Positions 1 through 9,152 are shown, counted from the stretch's first letter. The stretch is DNA of 49,722 nucleotides from a bacterium CG2_30_37_16 (GCA_001872945.1 MNYC01000030.1:1-49722), one strand, 5' to 3'. Program-made: numbers and translations. The notes: generated from the sequence alone by a model not told the origin.

Positions 1-84
1 TTTTAAAAAATGATTCTTAGGAATAATACTATCATAAAGGAAGTCTCCAAAAAATGAATCGGTGGAATGTTTTTTAAAAGCCAT
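1..84 (-). CDS. Transposase N-terminus (partial; DUF772/InsH-N-like)
   Basis: Not in the ORF track. ATG at 84 follows GGAGG and translates MAFKKHSTDSFFGDFLYDSIIPKNHFLK, open to the edge. The '...IPxxHFL' pattern is typical of IS5/IS1182 transposase N-termini. Confidence 0.7.
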   Translation of the reverse strand, partial: MAFKKHSTDSFFGDFLYDSIIPKNHFLK

Positions 85-118
85 CTAACCCTCCAAAATT
101 AATAACTAACTTATTTAT

Positions 119-147
119 ATTTTAGCTTCCTAAGGCCAAAATGTCAA
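119..147 (-). promoter_or_regulatory. Sigma70-type promoter for the transposase
   Basis: TTGACA-17 nt-TAAAAT on the minus strand, about 35 nt upstream of ATG 84. Confidence 0.6.
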
Positions 148-274
148 TCATTTTAGGGGCGCTTTCTAAGTTATTTAATGAGCCTTTTTTTATGTTTTTT
201 AGACAGCTTTTTTTCAAGAAATTTTAAAAAAGTAAGGATTTTGGGGAGTTTTTCAACGGTCTCTTAAAAGGTAA

Positions 275-303
275 TTGACTAAGTACTAAAAATTTGGTAC
301 TAT
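275..303 (+). promoter_or_regulatory. Sigma70-type promoter of rplU
   Basis: TTGACT-17 nt-TACTAT with a TG extended -10 element. Confidence 0.6.
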
Positions 304-329
304 ATTGACGTTATTTTTAAGGAAATTCT

Positions 330-695
330 ATGGCAAATGAAGAGAAAACAGCAGTAAAAACTAAAAAAATTACTCCTTCGAGCGATATGTTTGCAGTTAT
401 CGAAAGTGGAAGTAAACAATATTTGGTTAAAGAAGGTAATACAATTCAAGTTGAATTGGTTGAGCTTGAAGAAGGTAAAGAATTAAACTTTGAAGTTCTT
501 CTTGTCGGAAATGCAAAAGAAGTAAGAGTTGGTAAGCCGTTTGTCGCCGGAGCTAAAGTTAAATCCAAGGTTAAGGGTGATGTTAAGGGTGAAAAGCTTA
601 TTGTTTTTAAATACAAGCCGAAGAAAAATTCCAGAACTAAAAACGGACACAGGCAAAAATATACCGAACTAGAAATAGTAAAAATCGAAATGTAA
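330..695 (+). CDS. rplU: 50S ribosomal protein L21
   Basis: MFAVIESGSKQYLV...VGKPFV...KLIVFKYKPKKN...GHRQKYT; ~19-aa N-terminal extension; AAGGA RBS. Confidence 0.97.
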   Translation: MANEEKTAVKTKKITPSSDMFAVIESGSKQYLVKEGNTIQVELVELEEGKELNFEVLLVGNAKEVRVGKPFVAGAKVKSKVKGDVKGEKLIVFKYKPKKNSRTKNGHRQKYTELEIVKIEM

Positions 696-698
696 AAT

Positions 699-721
699 CC
701 GCCCCATAAGGGCGGTTTTTT
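699..721 (+). terminator. Intrinsic terminator after rplU
   Basis: CCGCCC-cataa-GGGCGG followed by T6. Confidence 0.85.
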
Positions 722-735
722 GATACACTTAAGAC

Positions 736-1260
736 ATGGAAAAAATTACTTCAAGAATAATAACGATTATATTTATCGCAATCTTTTTATTCCAATCATT
801 TAAAGATGAGAGGGCTGTAGCGCACACGAAGAAAAGCCGAACTACCAACAATTCAGCTATGGTTTCAAGAGTAATTGATGGGGATACTATAGAACTTTCA
901 ACCGGAGAAAAGGTAAGATATATTGGCATAAATACTCCGGAAACAGTCCATCCAAGTAAGGCCGTCCAGTGCTTTGGCGAAGAAGCGGCGGCAAAAAATA
1001 AGGAATTAGTGTTAGGTAAAGAGGTGATTCTAAAAAAAGATGTATCCAATAAAGATAAATATGGAAGACTTCTAAGATACGTTTATCTAAATGACGGTAC
1101 TATGGTTAACAATTTACTGGTTAAAAATGGCTATGCTTTTGCCTCTGCTTATCCCCCCGATATTAAATATCAACTGACATTTGAATCATCTGAGAAAGAG
1201 GCAAGAGAAAATAATTTGGGACTTTGGGAAAACATCTGTGACTATACAGACGCCAAATGA
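736..1260 (+). CDS. Membrane-anchored/secreted thermonuclease (SNase family)
   Basis: N-terminal hydrophobic segment; VIDGDT, RYIGINTPE, DKYGRLLRYV, AREN-NLGLW motifs. Confidence 0.93.
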   Translation: MEKITSRIITIIFIAIFLFQSFKDERAVAHTKKSRTTNNSAMVSRVIDGDTIELSTGEKVRYIGINTPETVHPSKAVQCFGEEAAAKNKELVLGKEVILKKDVSNKDKYGRLLRYVYLNDGTMVNNLLVKNGYAFASAYPPDIKYQLTFESSEKEARENNLGLWENICDYTDAK

Positions 1261-1271
1261 TGCTTCTTGAA

Positions 1272-1501
1272 CTTCTCCCTCCCACTAAACCATGGTATTT
1301 ATTGTTCGACTCCTCGTAGGGGGTGGAGAACCCTTCGACAAGCTCTCCTTGAGTCTGGTTCCACTGAGTCACCACGAAGCGAGCGACTTCGGAGTCGAAG
1401 ACAGGACGGGTTTGAAGCTTCATACTTCAGAGCTTTGTTGCACTTCGCTCGTCATACGACCCGTCTGGGAAGAATATCATGAGACAGCGGGAAGGGAGAA
1501 G
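1272..1501 (+). ncRNA. Candidate large structured ncRNA (rod-like, 6S-like shape; class unassigned)
   Basis: GC-rich intergenic island with nested pairings: 1272-1286/1486-1501, 1291-1299/1473-1481, 1314-1318/1455-1459, 1321-1328/1443-1450, 1336-1346/1429-1440. Most mismatches read as G-U on the + strand. Confidence 0.55.
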
Positions 1502-1574
1502 CGCTTGATGTTTATTATTACAATATTTACAGAATATTGCTTTACGCCATTTTTACTAATGCTATAATGCGCAT

Positions 1575-1772
1575 ATGCTTAAATATAGACTTATGATTGT
1601 TCTAAATATTTTTCTTCTAGCCATAATTGTTGTAGCTTTTGTGAAAATATTTGATTTTCATTTTTTGCAAAATAACCTTGCTTTAATTGGGGCGGCCGTA
1701 TGTGGTCCCCTAGCGTTACTTGCAAAAAGAAAAATAACGGCAGGAAAAAACGTGGAAGAAACTGAAGATTAA
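1575..1772 (+). CDS. Small 2-TM membrane protein
   Basis: 65 aa with two hydrophobic segments; TATAAT just upstream; ends at a bidirectional terminator. Confidence 0.6.
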   Translation: MLKYRLMIVLNIFLLAIIVVAFVKIFDFHFLQNNLALIGAAVCGPLALLAKRKITAGKNVEETED

Positions 1773-1803
1773 AAAAAGCCGTGGACTAATGTCCAGGCTT
1801 TTT
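1771..1803. terminator. Bidirectional intrinsic terminator
   Basis: A7-GCC(g)TGGAC-taat-GTCCAGGC-T5 between convergent ORFs. Confidence 0.8.
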
Positions 1804-2226
1804 GAGTGCGTAGCGACTGAATCCCCAAATAATGGTTCCAACAAAAAACATCAATAAAAAGATCAATGTCCGGGTAACAATTTCATCTTGAGCAAACAAA
1901 TAGATACCAACAAATATTCCCATAATTGCTGATTGAACGGACAATGAGTTTTGAAATAATTTTCTGCCAACTGTCAATGCATTGCTTGATAGAAAAAGGA
2001 TAATCAATATTATGAAAGCTAGTATCTAATTATAATTTTCGCTGTCAAACAAATCAATGCTGCTAAAAAAAGAATGCTGATAACTGCAAATTCTGGCAAG
2101 CAAATTGTAATTTAACGAGATAAGTCCCGAAACAACGACTCCGAAAACTAACATAATTATAACGTCTATCAGTATCTCTTTTGCCCATTTCTTTTTATCG
2201 CCGGTAAACCCCTCCTGTTTTCTCAT
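1786..2226 (-). pseudogene. Interrupted multi-pass membrane protein (ORFs 2026-2226 and 1786-2007)
   Basis: Both ORFs are in the same frame, separated by one TAG (2026-2028) followed by ILAFII. A +1 frame over ~2020-2112 encodes a better TM helix (ITICLPEFAVISILFLAALICLTAKIIIRY). RBS AGGCGGTG lies before ATG 2226. Confidence 0.5.
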
Positions 2227-2378
2227 CGTATACACCGCCTTTTGTCAATATACAAACGCTTTCTTTACCTTTTATATTATAGACTAAAGGCCAATTGTCA
2301 AATATTACATCGACTAAAAAATAACAACGCCCCGATTTTAATTGCGGAAACGCTGTTTTTAAGATAGAATTATTCCAT

Positions 2379-3146
2379 ATGATTACAATTGCGTTAACAA
2401 ATCAAAAGGGTGGGGTTGGCAAAACAACAACCGCAATAAATCTAGCAGCCTATATGGGCAGAATGGACCATCGTATATTGCTTATAGACCTTGATCCGCA
2501 AGCTAATTCATCGAGTGGACTGGGTATAGATAAAAGGGTTAAGAAAAATAGTTTATATGAGATTCTGACCGATCAAGCCCCCATAACTGACACTGTCTTA
2601 AAAATGGAGTCAAAGAATGTCTTTATGATTCCTTCCGATCCGGTTTTGGCAGCTGCCGAGGTTGAACTTGTTAGCGTCATCAATAGAGAATTTCGACTGA
2701 AAAAAGCTTTGGAAGACGTCCAAGAAAAATTTGATTATTGTATTATTGATTGTCCGCCATCTTTGAGCCTGCTTACTATTAACGGTTTAGTTGCAGCAGA
2801 TAAGGTCATTATTCCCGTTCAAAGTGAATATTATGCTCTTGAGGGATTAGGGCATCTTTTACATACTATTGACCTAGTGAAGATGAATTTAAATCCATAT
2901 CTTGATATTTTAGGTATTGTGCTTACAATGTATGATCATAGGACGGTGCTATCCAACCAGGTTAAAGAAGAAGTAAGGAAGCATTTTTTAGATAAATTAT
3001 TCGTTTCCGTAATTCCGAGGAATGTAAGACTAGCAGAAGCGCCAAGCCACGGTAAAAGCATTCTGCAATATGATAGATTTTGCAAGGGAGCTTCAGCATA
3101 TAAAAATTTAGCGAAGGAGGTAATAAAGAGATGTCAAAAGGATTAG
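2379..3146 (+). CDS. parA: Chromosome partitioning ATPase ParA/Soj
   Basis: Deviant Walker A NQKGGVGKTT; IDLDPQAN; IDCPPSL; IPRNVRLAEAPSHG. Confidence 0.97.
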   Translation: MITIALTNQKGGVGKTTTAINLAAYMGRMDHRILLIDLDPQANSSSGLGIDKRVKKNSLYEILTDQAPITDTVLKMESKNVFMIPSDPVLAAAEVELVSVINREFRLKKALEDVQEKFDYCIIDCPPSLSLLTINGLVAADKVIIPVQSEYYALEGLGHLLHTIDLVKMNLNPYLDILGIVLTMYDHRTVLSNQVKEEVRKHFLDKLFVSVIPRNVRLAEAPSHGKSILQYDRFCKGASAYKNLAKEVIKRCQKD

Positions 3147-3967
3147 GTAGAGGACTAGATTCTCTAATACCAACAAGCCCATTAGTTGAAAGAACAATTG
3201 GATTAAAACCGGCGGATATTACAGAAATTAATGTCGAAAAAGTTAGCCCAAATCCAAATCAGCCAAGATACACTTTCGACGAAGAATCATTGAAAGAACT
3301 AGCGAGTTCAATTAAGGAGCATGGCGTAATTCAGCCTTTAATTGTAACCAAAAAGGGTGCGGAATATGAGCTTATAGCCGGCGAACGAAGACTGCGCGCG
3401 GCAAAAATTGCCGGCCTAAAAACGGTGCCAGTTGTTGTAAGAACTTATAGCGAACAACAAAAGCTGGAAGTGTCTATTATAGAAAATATTCAAAGGCACG
3501 ATTTAAATCCGCTTGAAGAAGCAATGGCCTACCAAAGACTGGTAGACGACTTTAATTTGACTCAAGAAGAAGTAGCACAAAAGATGGGTCGAAGCCGGTC
3601 GGCTATTGCCAATACTCTTAGACTTCTAAATTTGCCCATCGAAATTAAAAGAGGACTGGTTGACGGTAAAATTACCGAGGGCCATGCCAGGGCCATTCTT
3701 GCCATCCCAGAACCAGCCAAACAGCTTGCTCTATACGAACAAATAGTGAGTCAAAAATTAAACGTCCGATCGGTTGAAGAGAAAGCCAAGGTTATTACCA
3801 CTAAACAAAGCACGGAGGTATCTAAAACCTTTTCTGATTTAGAAAGTAAATTGAGAGACGCAATAGGCTCCAAAATAAAAATCCAACCCTCCAAAAAAGG
3901 CGGGAAAATTATTATAGAATACTACGGAGAAGAAGAATTAGAACGAATTATTAATCTTTTTGATTAG
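3131..3967 (+). CDS. parB: Chromosome partitioning protein ParB/Spo0J
   Basis: GLGRGLDSL; PNPNQPR; GERRLRA; IENIQRHDLNPLEEA; HTH. Confidence 0.97.
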   Translation: MSKGLGRGLDSLIPTSPLVERTIGLKPADITEINVEKVSPNPNQPRYTFDEESLKELASSIKEHGVIQPLIVTKKGAEYELIAGERRLRAAKIAGLKTVPVVVRTYSEQQKLEVSIIENIQRHDLNPLEEAMAYQRLVDDFNLTQEEVAQKMGRSRSAIANTLRLLNLPIEIKRGLVDGKITEGHARAILAIPEPAKQLALYEQIVSQKLNVRSVEEKAKVITTKQSTEVSKTFSDLESKLRDAIGSKIKIQPSKKGGKIIIEYYGEEELERIINLFD

Positions 3968-4590
3968 TTTCCGGTGTTATATATGGGAGTCGAAATTCTG
4001 CTATATTTAGGCAGTAGCCTCAACCAAGTTTTTCCAACTATGTGGTCTCTTTTTAATATGCCCCATTCTCTAGAATCGGAACTTTCGCCGGGTGCTCTGT
4101 TGTCACCAATAACATAAAATTCGTCCGCCTGAAGATCCCTGACCTGGTTTCCAAGTGTCTGGCCTTTAAACTGACTATCAATATAATTTTCGTTTAGTAT
4201 TGTAAAATCGCTTGAACTTTTTGATTTGACGTACACATTGCCGCCTTCCACCTTAACGGTATCTCCGGGAGTTCCAATAACTCTCTTAATATAATTTCGG
4301 CACGGTTCTTTTGTAAAAAGTTTCGCAAAGAAATTTTCTCCTACAAAAATATCACACTCCGGCGTGGGGTGCTTTAATACAATAACCTCACCTCGTCTTG
4401 GTTGTCTGAAATGATAAGTAAATTCGTCAATAATTAAATAATCGTTGTTTTGGAAGGATGGTTCCATTGATGAACCAACAACATAAAAAGGCTGAACAAC
4501 AAAATTTCTTATTGAGACTATTATGATGACTATGATGATTACCGTTTTGAAAATTTCCAGTAATATCGAAACACTGTCGTTTTTTAGCAT
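3964..4590 (-). CDS. lepB: Signal peptidase I
   Basis: GSSMEPSF (catalytic Ser), YIKRVIGTPGD (catalytic Lys), GDNR...SSDSREWG. Likely start is ATG 4590. Confidence 0.95.
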   Translation of the reverse strand: MLKNDSVSILLEIFKTVIIIVIIIVSIRNFVVQPFYVVGSSMEPSFQNNDYLIIDEFTYHFRQPRRGEVIVLKHPTPECDIFVGENFFAKLFTKEPCRNYIKRVIGTPGDTVKVEGGNVYVKSKSSSDFTILNENYIDSQFKGQTLGNQVRDLQADEFYVIGDNRAPGESSDSREWGILKRDHIVGKTWLRLLPKYSRISTPIYNTGN

Positions 4591-4667
4591 ATTAATAGTA
4601 TATGAATAAAACACTTGGATTTCAATGAAATTTTTTCTATAATAATAAAGTTAATTTATATGGAGCC

Positions 4668-6038
4668 ATGGTAAATAAAGGAAAAAGAGTCACACTAGAA
4701 AAAAATTCATCAAAAAAGATCGAATTGGACAAAATTAATAACCCTAAAAAAAAGATTAAGAAAAAATGGTCAAGAAAAAAGAAGATCGTCCTTTTTTTGC
4801 TATTATTTTTTTTATCCGGCATAAGTTTCTTTACATGGAGAGTGTGGAGCTCAGTCGAGAAAATATTTAGTAACGGATTAAATCCGTTTACGATTCTTGC
4901 TAATCTTAGGCCAACGGCCTTAGCGGGCGAGGGCGATGGAAGGACCAATATTCTTTTACTAGGTAATGGCGACCCGGATTGGCCCGGCGCCGATCTTACG
5001 GATACTGTAATGATTGCCAGTATAAATACGAGAGATAATAGCGTTCTCTTAATATCTATTCCCCGTGATTTTTATGTTAAGATAGATAACCACGGTTGGG
5101 ACAAAATAAACTCGGCTTACGTCTACGGTGAGCAATATAAAAAAGGTGGCGGACCCCAGTCTATCGAAAATGCCGTTTCCGACGTTTTAGATATCCCCAT
5201 CCATTATTATGCAAAGGTAGATTTTACAGCGTTTAAAAAAGCTATTGATGCGGTCGGCGGCGTCTCCATAACTCCCTCAGAAGATCTTTATGATCCTTAT
5301 TATCCGGGCGGAACCGTCAATTTTGATGGCGGCAAGACTTACTCTATGAAAGGGGATTTGGCCTTAAAATATGCAAGATCCAGGCAGACTACATCGGATT
5401 TCGATAGAGCCAGACGTCAGCAGGAAGTAATGATCGCATTAAAAGAAAAAGCGCTGTCGCTTGGTACATTGTCCAATCCCAAAACAGTGTTAGATCTAAT
5501 CGGAATAATGGGCGACCATGTTAGAACCGATCTTCAACCCAACGAAATAAAAAGAATAATGGATATCTCAAAAGAATTGAATAGCGGTAAAATAAATAGT
5601 GCTGTTATTGACGGCGAAAACACAAAATTGGCAACAACCGGTATGATTGGTGATGCCTCCTGCGTATTTCCCGTTGCCGGAATTGGCAAATACGCGGACA
5701 TCCAAGACTATATATATGATCTTCTATCCAATAAGAAGCCTGAAATCAACTTTAAAAACGAGCACGCTTCAATATTAATTGAAAACGGCACGAGAACCGG
5801 AGGACTCGCTACTAAAGCAAAAACCGGCTTAGAAGACGCAGGATTTGCCGACCTTTCTGTTGGCAATGCTGATGCTCAAAACTATTCTAAGACTAAAATT
5901 TACGATTATTCCGGTGGGAAAAAATCGGCAACAATCAAGAATTTAGAGAAATATTTTGGAGTAACGGCCACTAAAGGTACCGGCAGCGATTATGACATAA
6001 TAATTATTATCGGGAAAGATTATGCAACAAAAAATTAA
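4668..6038 (+). CDS. LCP (LytR-CpsA-Psr) family cell-wall glycopolymer transferase with LytR_C domain
   Basis: Basic N-tail plus TM; NILLLG, TDTVMI, SIPRD, KINSAY, YARSR, SDFDRARRQQ; C-terminal IENGT..GLA...IIIIIGKDY. Confidence 0.93.
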   Translation: MVNKGKRVTLEKNSSKKIELDKINNPKKKIKKKWSRKKKIVLFLLLFFLSGISFFTWRVWSSVEKIFSNGLNPFTILANLRPTALAGEGDGRTNILLLGNGDPDWPGADLTDTVMIASINTRDNSVLLISIPRDFYVKIDNHGWDKINSAYVYGEQYKKGGGPQSIENAVSDVLDIPIHYYAKVDFTAFKKAIDAVGGVSITPSEDLYDPYYPGGTVNFDGGKTYSMKGDLALKYARSRQTTSDFDRARRQQEVMIALKEKALSLGTLSNPKTVLDLIGIMGDHVRTDLQPNEIKRIMDISKELNSGKINSAVIDGENTKLATTGMIGDASCVFPVAGIGKYADIQDYIYDLLSNKKPEINFKNEHASILIENGTRTGGLATKAKTGLEDAGFADLSVGNADAQNYSKTKIYDYSGGKKSATIKNLEKYFGVTATKGTGSDYDIIIIIGKDYATKN

Positions 6039-6828
6039 TTACATTTTAAGCTATTTCTCAGCATTAATTTTGATAATTACTATTATTTATCCGATGGAAC
6101 ATAGCATGAAACCTTTCTGGATATTTTTAATAGCTTCCTTATTGTTAAACTTAGCTTACACGATTTATATAATCGGTCTAAAATGGGTTGATTTAAAAAA
6201 TAAATGGGATTTTCTATTTTTCCCTTTTCTTTTAAATATAAGCGCCTATTTCTTTATTACGTATTTCCCAAGTTTAACCGTCCAAATACCACTGGCTTTG
6301 TTTTTTGGATTTTCCCTAAATTTGGTTTACAATTCCTTGGTTGCCATTAAACACAAAAAATTGGCTTTGCCGGTTACATACAGGAACTTGCTAATGTCCT
6401 TGTCAATTATTGTGGTTTTCCTGTGCTCGTCGCTGCTCATCAATATTTCATTATATTGGACTTTAGATTTGCTCTATTTATTCTTGTCGCATGTCGCCTT
6501 GTTGTATATAATCGGTCATTTTTTAATAAAACATATGCTTGTTGCTCCAAATAAGTATTCTAGTCTATATAACGCTATTATTAGTTTAATTATTTCCGAA
6601 ATCGCCACAGTATCAACTTTCTGGTCCGTAAATTATCCCAAACAGGGTGCCGGGGCCGGAATTCCCATTGGTGCAATATTTGTTTTAATTGCCTATTATG
6701 TAATTTGGGGACTGGTATATTATATGATTGAAGGAAGACTAACCAAAAAAGTTACAATTGAGTTTTCGTTTATTGGTGCATTTTCATTTGTAGCTGTGAT
6801 ACTTACTACTAACTGGCTACCATTATAA
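6022..6828 (+). CDS. Polytopic membrane protein of unknown function
   Basis: 268 aa with about 8 hydrophobic segments; overlaps the LCP gene end. Confidence 0.8.
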   Translation: MQQKINYILSYFSALILIITIIYPMEHSMKPFWIFLIASLLLNLAYTIYIIGLKWVDLKNKWDFLFFPFLLNISAYFFITYFPSLTVQIPLALFFGFSLNLVYNSLVAIKHKKLALPVTYRNLLMSLSIIVVFLCSSLLINISLYWTLDLLYLFLSHVALLYIIGHFLIKHMLVAPNKYSSLYNAIISLIISEIATVSTFWSVNYPKQGAGAGIPIGAIFVLIAYYVIWGLVYYMIEGRLTKKVTIEFSFIGAFSFVAVILTTNWLPL

Positions 6829-6849
6829 GCGATAAGGAGGGATTTAAAA

Positions 6850-8022
6850 ATGGGCGAAGACTTAAAAAAAGATAAACCCGACATCTCAAGTAAAAATAAA
6901 ACAAATGCAGAATCAATTAAGGCTTTACTTGCTGTATCCATTATTACGAGTTTACTTTTTGGGATGCTCGGAGGATATGTTTTCAGCAAAATAGAGGGCA
7001 ACGGTGGTATCTCCGGATTAACTGTGGGTAGCGTTTTGAAGAAGGACACTGTTTCCGTGACGGTTAATTCCGATGTTAGCGACATCGTTAAAAAAGTAAG
7101 TCAAAGTGTGGTTTCTATAACCGGCGAGCATCTAACCAATAATTTTTTTGGAACGTATAGCCAAAAGAGTTCGGGAACAGGATTTATAGTTAATGAAAAT
7201 GGCTTGGTTATGACAAATAAACATGTTACAGAAGGAGCAAGCGGCAATTTTATCGTATATACAAATGACGGTACCGAATATACGGCCAAAATAAAAGCAA
7301 CTGATCCCGTGTACGATATTGCTTTTTTAGAACTAAGTAATGCCAAAGGCTTAAAGGCAGTCGATTTGGGCGATTCTGACGTGCTGCAAGTAGGTGAACC
7401 GGTAGTGGCTATAGGTAATGCCCTCGGGCAATATCAAAACACTGTAACAGGCGGCATAATTTCCGGTGTCGGTAGAGCTTTGCCGGTAGGCGACAGTGGT
7501 GACGGTAACGTTTCTACATTAGACAATGTTTTACAAACTGACGCTGCCATTAATCCGGGCAATTCCGGCGGGCCACTCGTAAATAGAGCCGGCCAAGTTA
7601 TAGGGATTAATACCGCTATCGATCAAAGCGGTCAAAATATTGGTTTTGCAATTCCGATTAATGTAGGAAAATCTGCTTTAGCTAGCGTTGAAAAAAATGG
7701 TTATGTATCAAGACCGGTTCTGGGAATTTCATATGTTGGTCTTACAAAAGAGCTTGCCTCCAGAAATAAATTATCTGTGTCGGAAGGTGCCTTAATTTAT
7801 TCCGGCACCAATACGCCGTCCATAAAATCCGGTTCCGCTGCCGACAAAGCCGGCCTAAAAGATGGGGACATTATTACCAAAATAAATAATGATAAGATAG
7901 ATAGTAAGCACACTCTAACTCAATTGGTTCAGAAATATAACGTCGGAGATAGTACCATGCTAACTGTTATTCGGGACAATAAGGAAATTAAGGTTAACGT
8001 TAAACTTGGGGAAATTAAGTAA
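6850..8022 (+). CDS. htrA: HtrA/DegP-family serine protease with one PDZ domain
   Basis: TM anchor; TNKHV, YDIA, TDAAINPGNSGGPL triad motifs; C-terminal PDZ (SAADKAGLKDGDII). Confidence 0.95.
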   Translation: MGEDLKKDKPDISSKNKTNAESIKALLAVSIITSLLFGMLGGYVFSKIEGNGGISGLTVGSVLKKDTVSVTVNSDVSDIVKKVSQSVVSITGEHLTNNFFGTYSQKSSGTGFIVNENGLVMTNKHVTEGASGNFIVYTNDGTEYTAKIKATDPVYDIAFLELSNAKGLKAVDLGDSDVLQVGEPVVAIGNALGQYQNTVTGGIISGVGRALPVGDSGDGNVSTLDNVLQTDAAINPGNSGGPLVNRAGQVIGINTAIDQSGQNIGFAIPINVGKSALASVEKNGYVSRPVLGISYVGLTKELASRNKLSVSEGALIYSGTNTPSIKSGSAADKAGLKDGDIITKINNDKIDSKHTLTQLVQKYNVGDSTMLTVIRDNKEIKVNVKLGEIK

Positions 8023-8025
8023 AAA

Positions 8026-9099
8026 TTACTGCTTCGATAAATTCTCTAGAGCGGCTTTCTGATCGGCTTTTGATAGGGCCGAAATAAGTTCATCAATGCT
8101 ACCGGCTAGTATGCTTTCTAAGCCATGCGTGGTGTAATTAATTCGATGATCCGTAACTCTGTCCTGCGGAAAGTTGTATGTCCTAATTTTTTCCGACCTG
8201 TCGCCGGAACCAATTTGACTTTTTCGCTGATCACCGCGCTTTTTGGCTGACTCTTCTTCTCTTAAGGCCATAAGACGAGTACGGAGAACAGACATTGCTT
8301 TATCGCGGTTTTTTATTTGAGAACGTTCGTCCTGACAAGTAACTACTAGCCCGGTTGGAACATGAGTAAGCCTCACGGCTGAATCGGTCGTATTTACGCC
8401 CTGGCCGCCATGGCCTCCGGCTCGATATACGTCAACTCTTATTTCGTTTGGATCAATTTTAATATCGATCTCACTTGCCTCAGGCAAAACAGCGACCGTT
8501 ACAGTTGAGGTGTGAATTCGTCCGCTTGACTCCGTTTTGGGAACCCTTTGCACTCTATGGACACCACTTTCATACTTTAAATACCGATAAGCATCTCGGC
8601 CTTTAATCTCAAATATAGCTTCTTTTAGTCCGCCAATTTCTGTCTCATTTAAACTTATAATCTCAGTTTTCCAATTCTTATTTTCGGCGTATTTTAAGTA
8701 CATTCTAAATAATTCAGCGGCAAAAAGAGCAGATTCCTCACCACCGGCGCCGCCGCGGATTTCTATGACGGCCGGCTTGTCATCATTTGGATCCTTGGGT
8801 AATAATTCTAATTCTATAGATTTATTCACTTCGACAATTCTATGTGTAGCTTCTCTAATTTCTTCTTCCGCCATTGCAATTAGCTCCGGATCATTTTCCT
8901 CTGTCATTAACTCTTCTAGGCTATCGATATTTTTTTTAAGCAAATCCAATGTTTCAAACTTGTCAATCAGCGATTTTAATTCGGATTGCCTTTTGGCCAA
9001 TTCCTGATAAACATCTATTTCACTTAAAATATCGGGGTCTGTTAGCTTAGATGTTATTTCATCATATTCTTTTTTAATTTGGTTAATTTTTTGTTCCAT
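8026..9099 (-). CDS. prfA: Peptide chain release factor 1
   Basis: GGQ motif (GHGGQGVNTTDSAVR), PKT motif (RVPKTE), RTYNFPQDRVTDHR. Start is ATG 9099 or TTG 9111. Confidence 0.97.
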   Translation of the reverse strand: MEQKINQIKKEYDEITSKLTDPDILSEIDVYQELAKRQSELKSLIDKFETLDLLKKNIDSLEELMTEENDPELIAMAEEEIREATHRIVEVNKSIELELLPKDPNDDKPAVIEIRGGAGGEESALFAAELFRMYLKYAENKNWKTEIISLNETEIGGLKEAIFEIKGRDAYRYLKYESGVHRVQRVPKTESSGRIHTSTVTVAVLPEASEIDIKIDPNEIRVDVYRAGGHGGQGVNTTDSAVRLTHVPTGLVVTCQDERSQIKNRDKAMSVLRTRLMALREEESAKKRGDQRKSQIGSGDRSEKIRTYNFPQDRVTDHRINYTTHGLESILAGSIDELISALSKADQKAALENLSKQ

Positions 9100-9109
9100 A
9101 ATTTTACTC

Positions 9110-9141
9110 AAAAAATAAATAAGCGCTTTTGCCGCGCCTAT
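9110..9141 (-). terminator. Terminator-like hairpin between rpmE and prfA
   Basis: Minus strand ATAGGCGC-ggcaaaa-GCGCTTAT followed by a T-rich run. Confidence 0.6.
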
Positions 9142-9152
9142 TTTTTAATTAC

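Larger units (their letters stand above)
1..263 (-). mobile_element. Left end of an insertion sequence (IS5/IS1182-like), truncated by the window edge
   Basis: On the minus strand, position 263 begins GAGACCGTTGAAAAACTCCCC, resembling IS1182/IS5-type terminal repeats. It is flanked by TTAA (264-267). A promoter, a GGAGG RBS and a transposase-like N-terminus follow. Confidence 0.7.

Noticed and set aside
1304..1346. tmRNA/tRNA-like words GTTCGACTCC and GGGGGTG...TTCGAC
   Set aside because: No T-stem around the TTCGA loop, no complementary acceptor strand or CCA, and no tag ORF identified, even in permuted order.
1163..1567. ORFs 1163-1423(-), 1267-1482(+) and 1292-1567(+)
   Set aside because: They overlap each other, have atypical composition and show no motifs; better explained as chance open frames in a GC-rich structured segment.
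2236..3967. parS site near parAB
   Set aside because: No TGTTTCACGTGAAACA-like palindrome was seen by eye; a degenerate site cannot be excluded.
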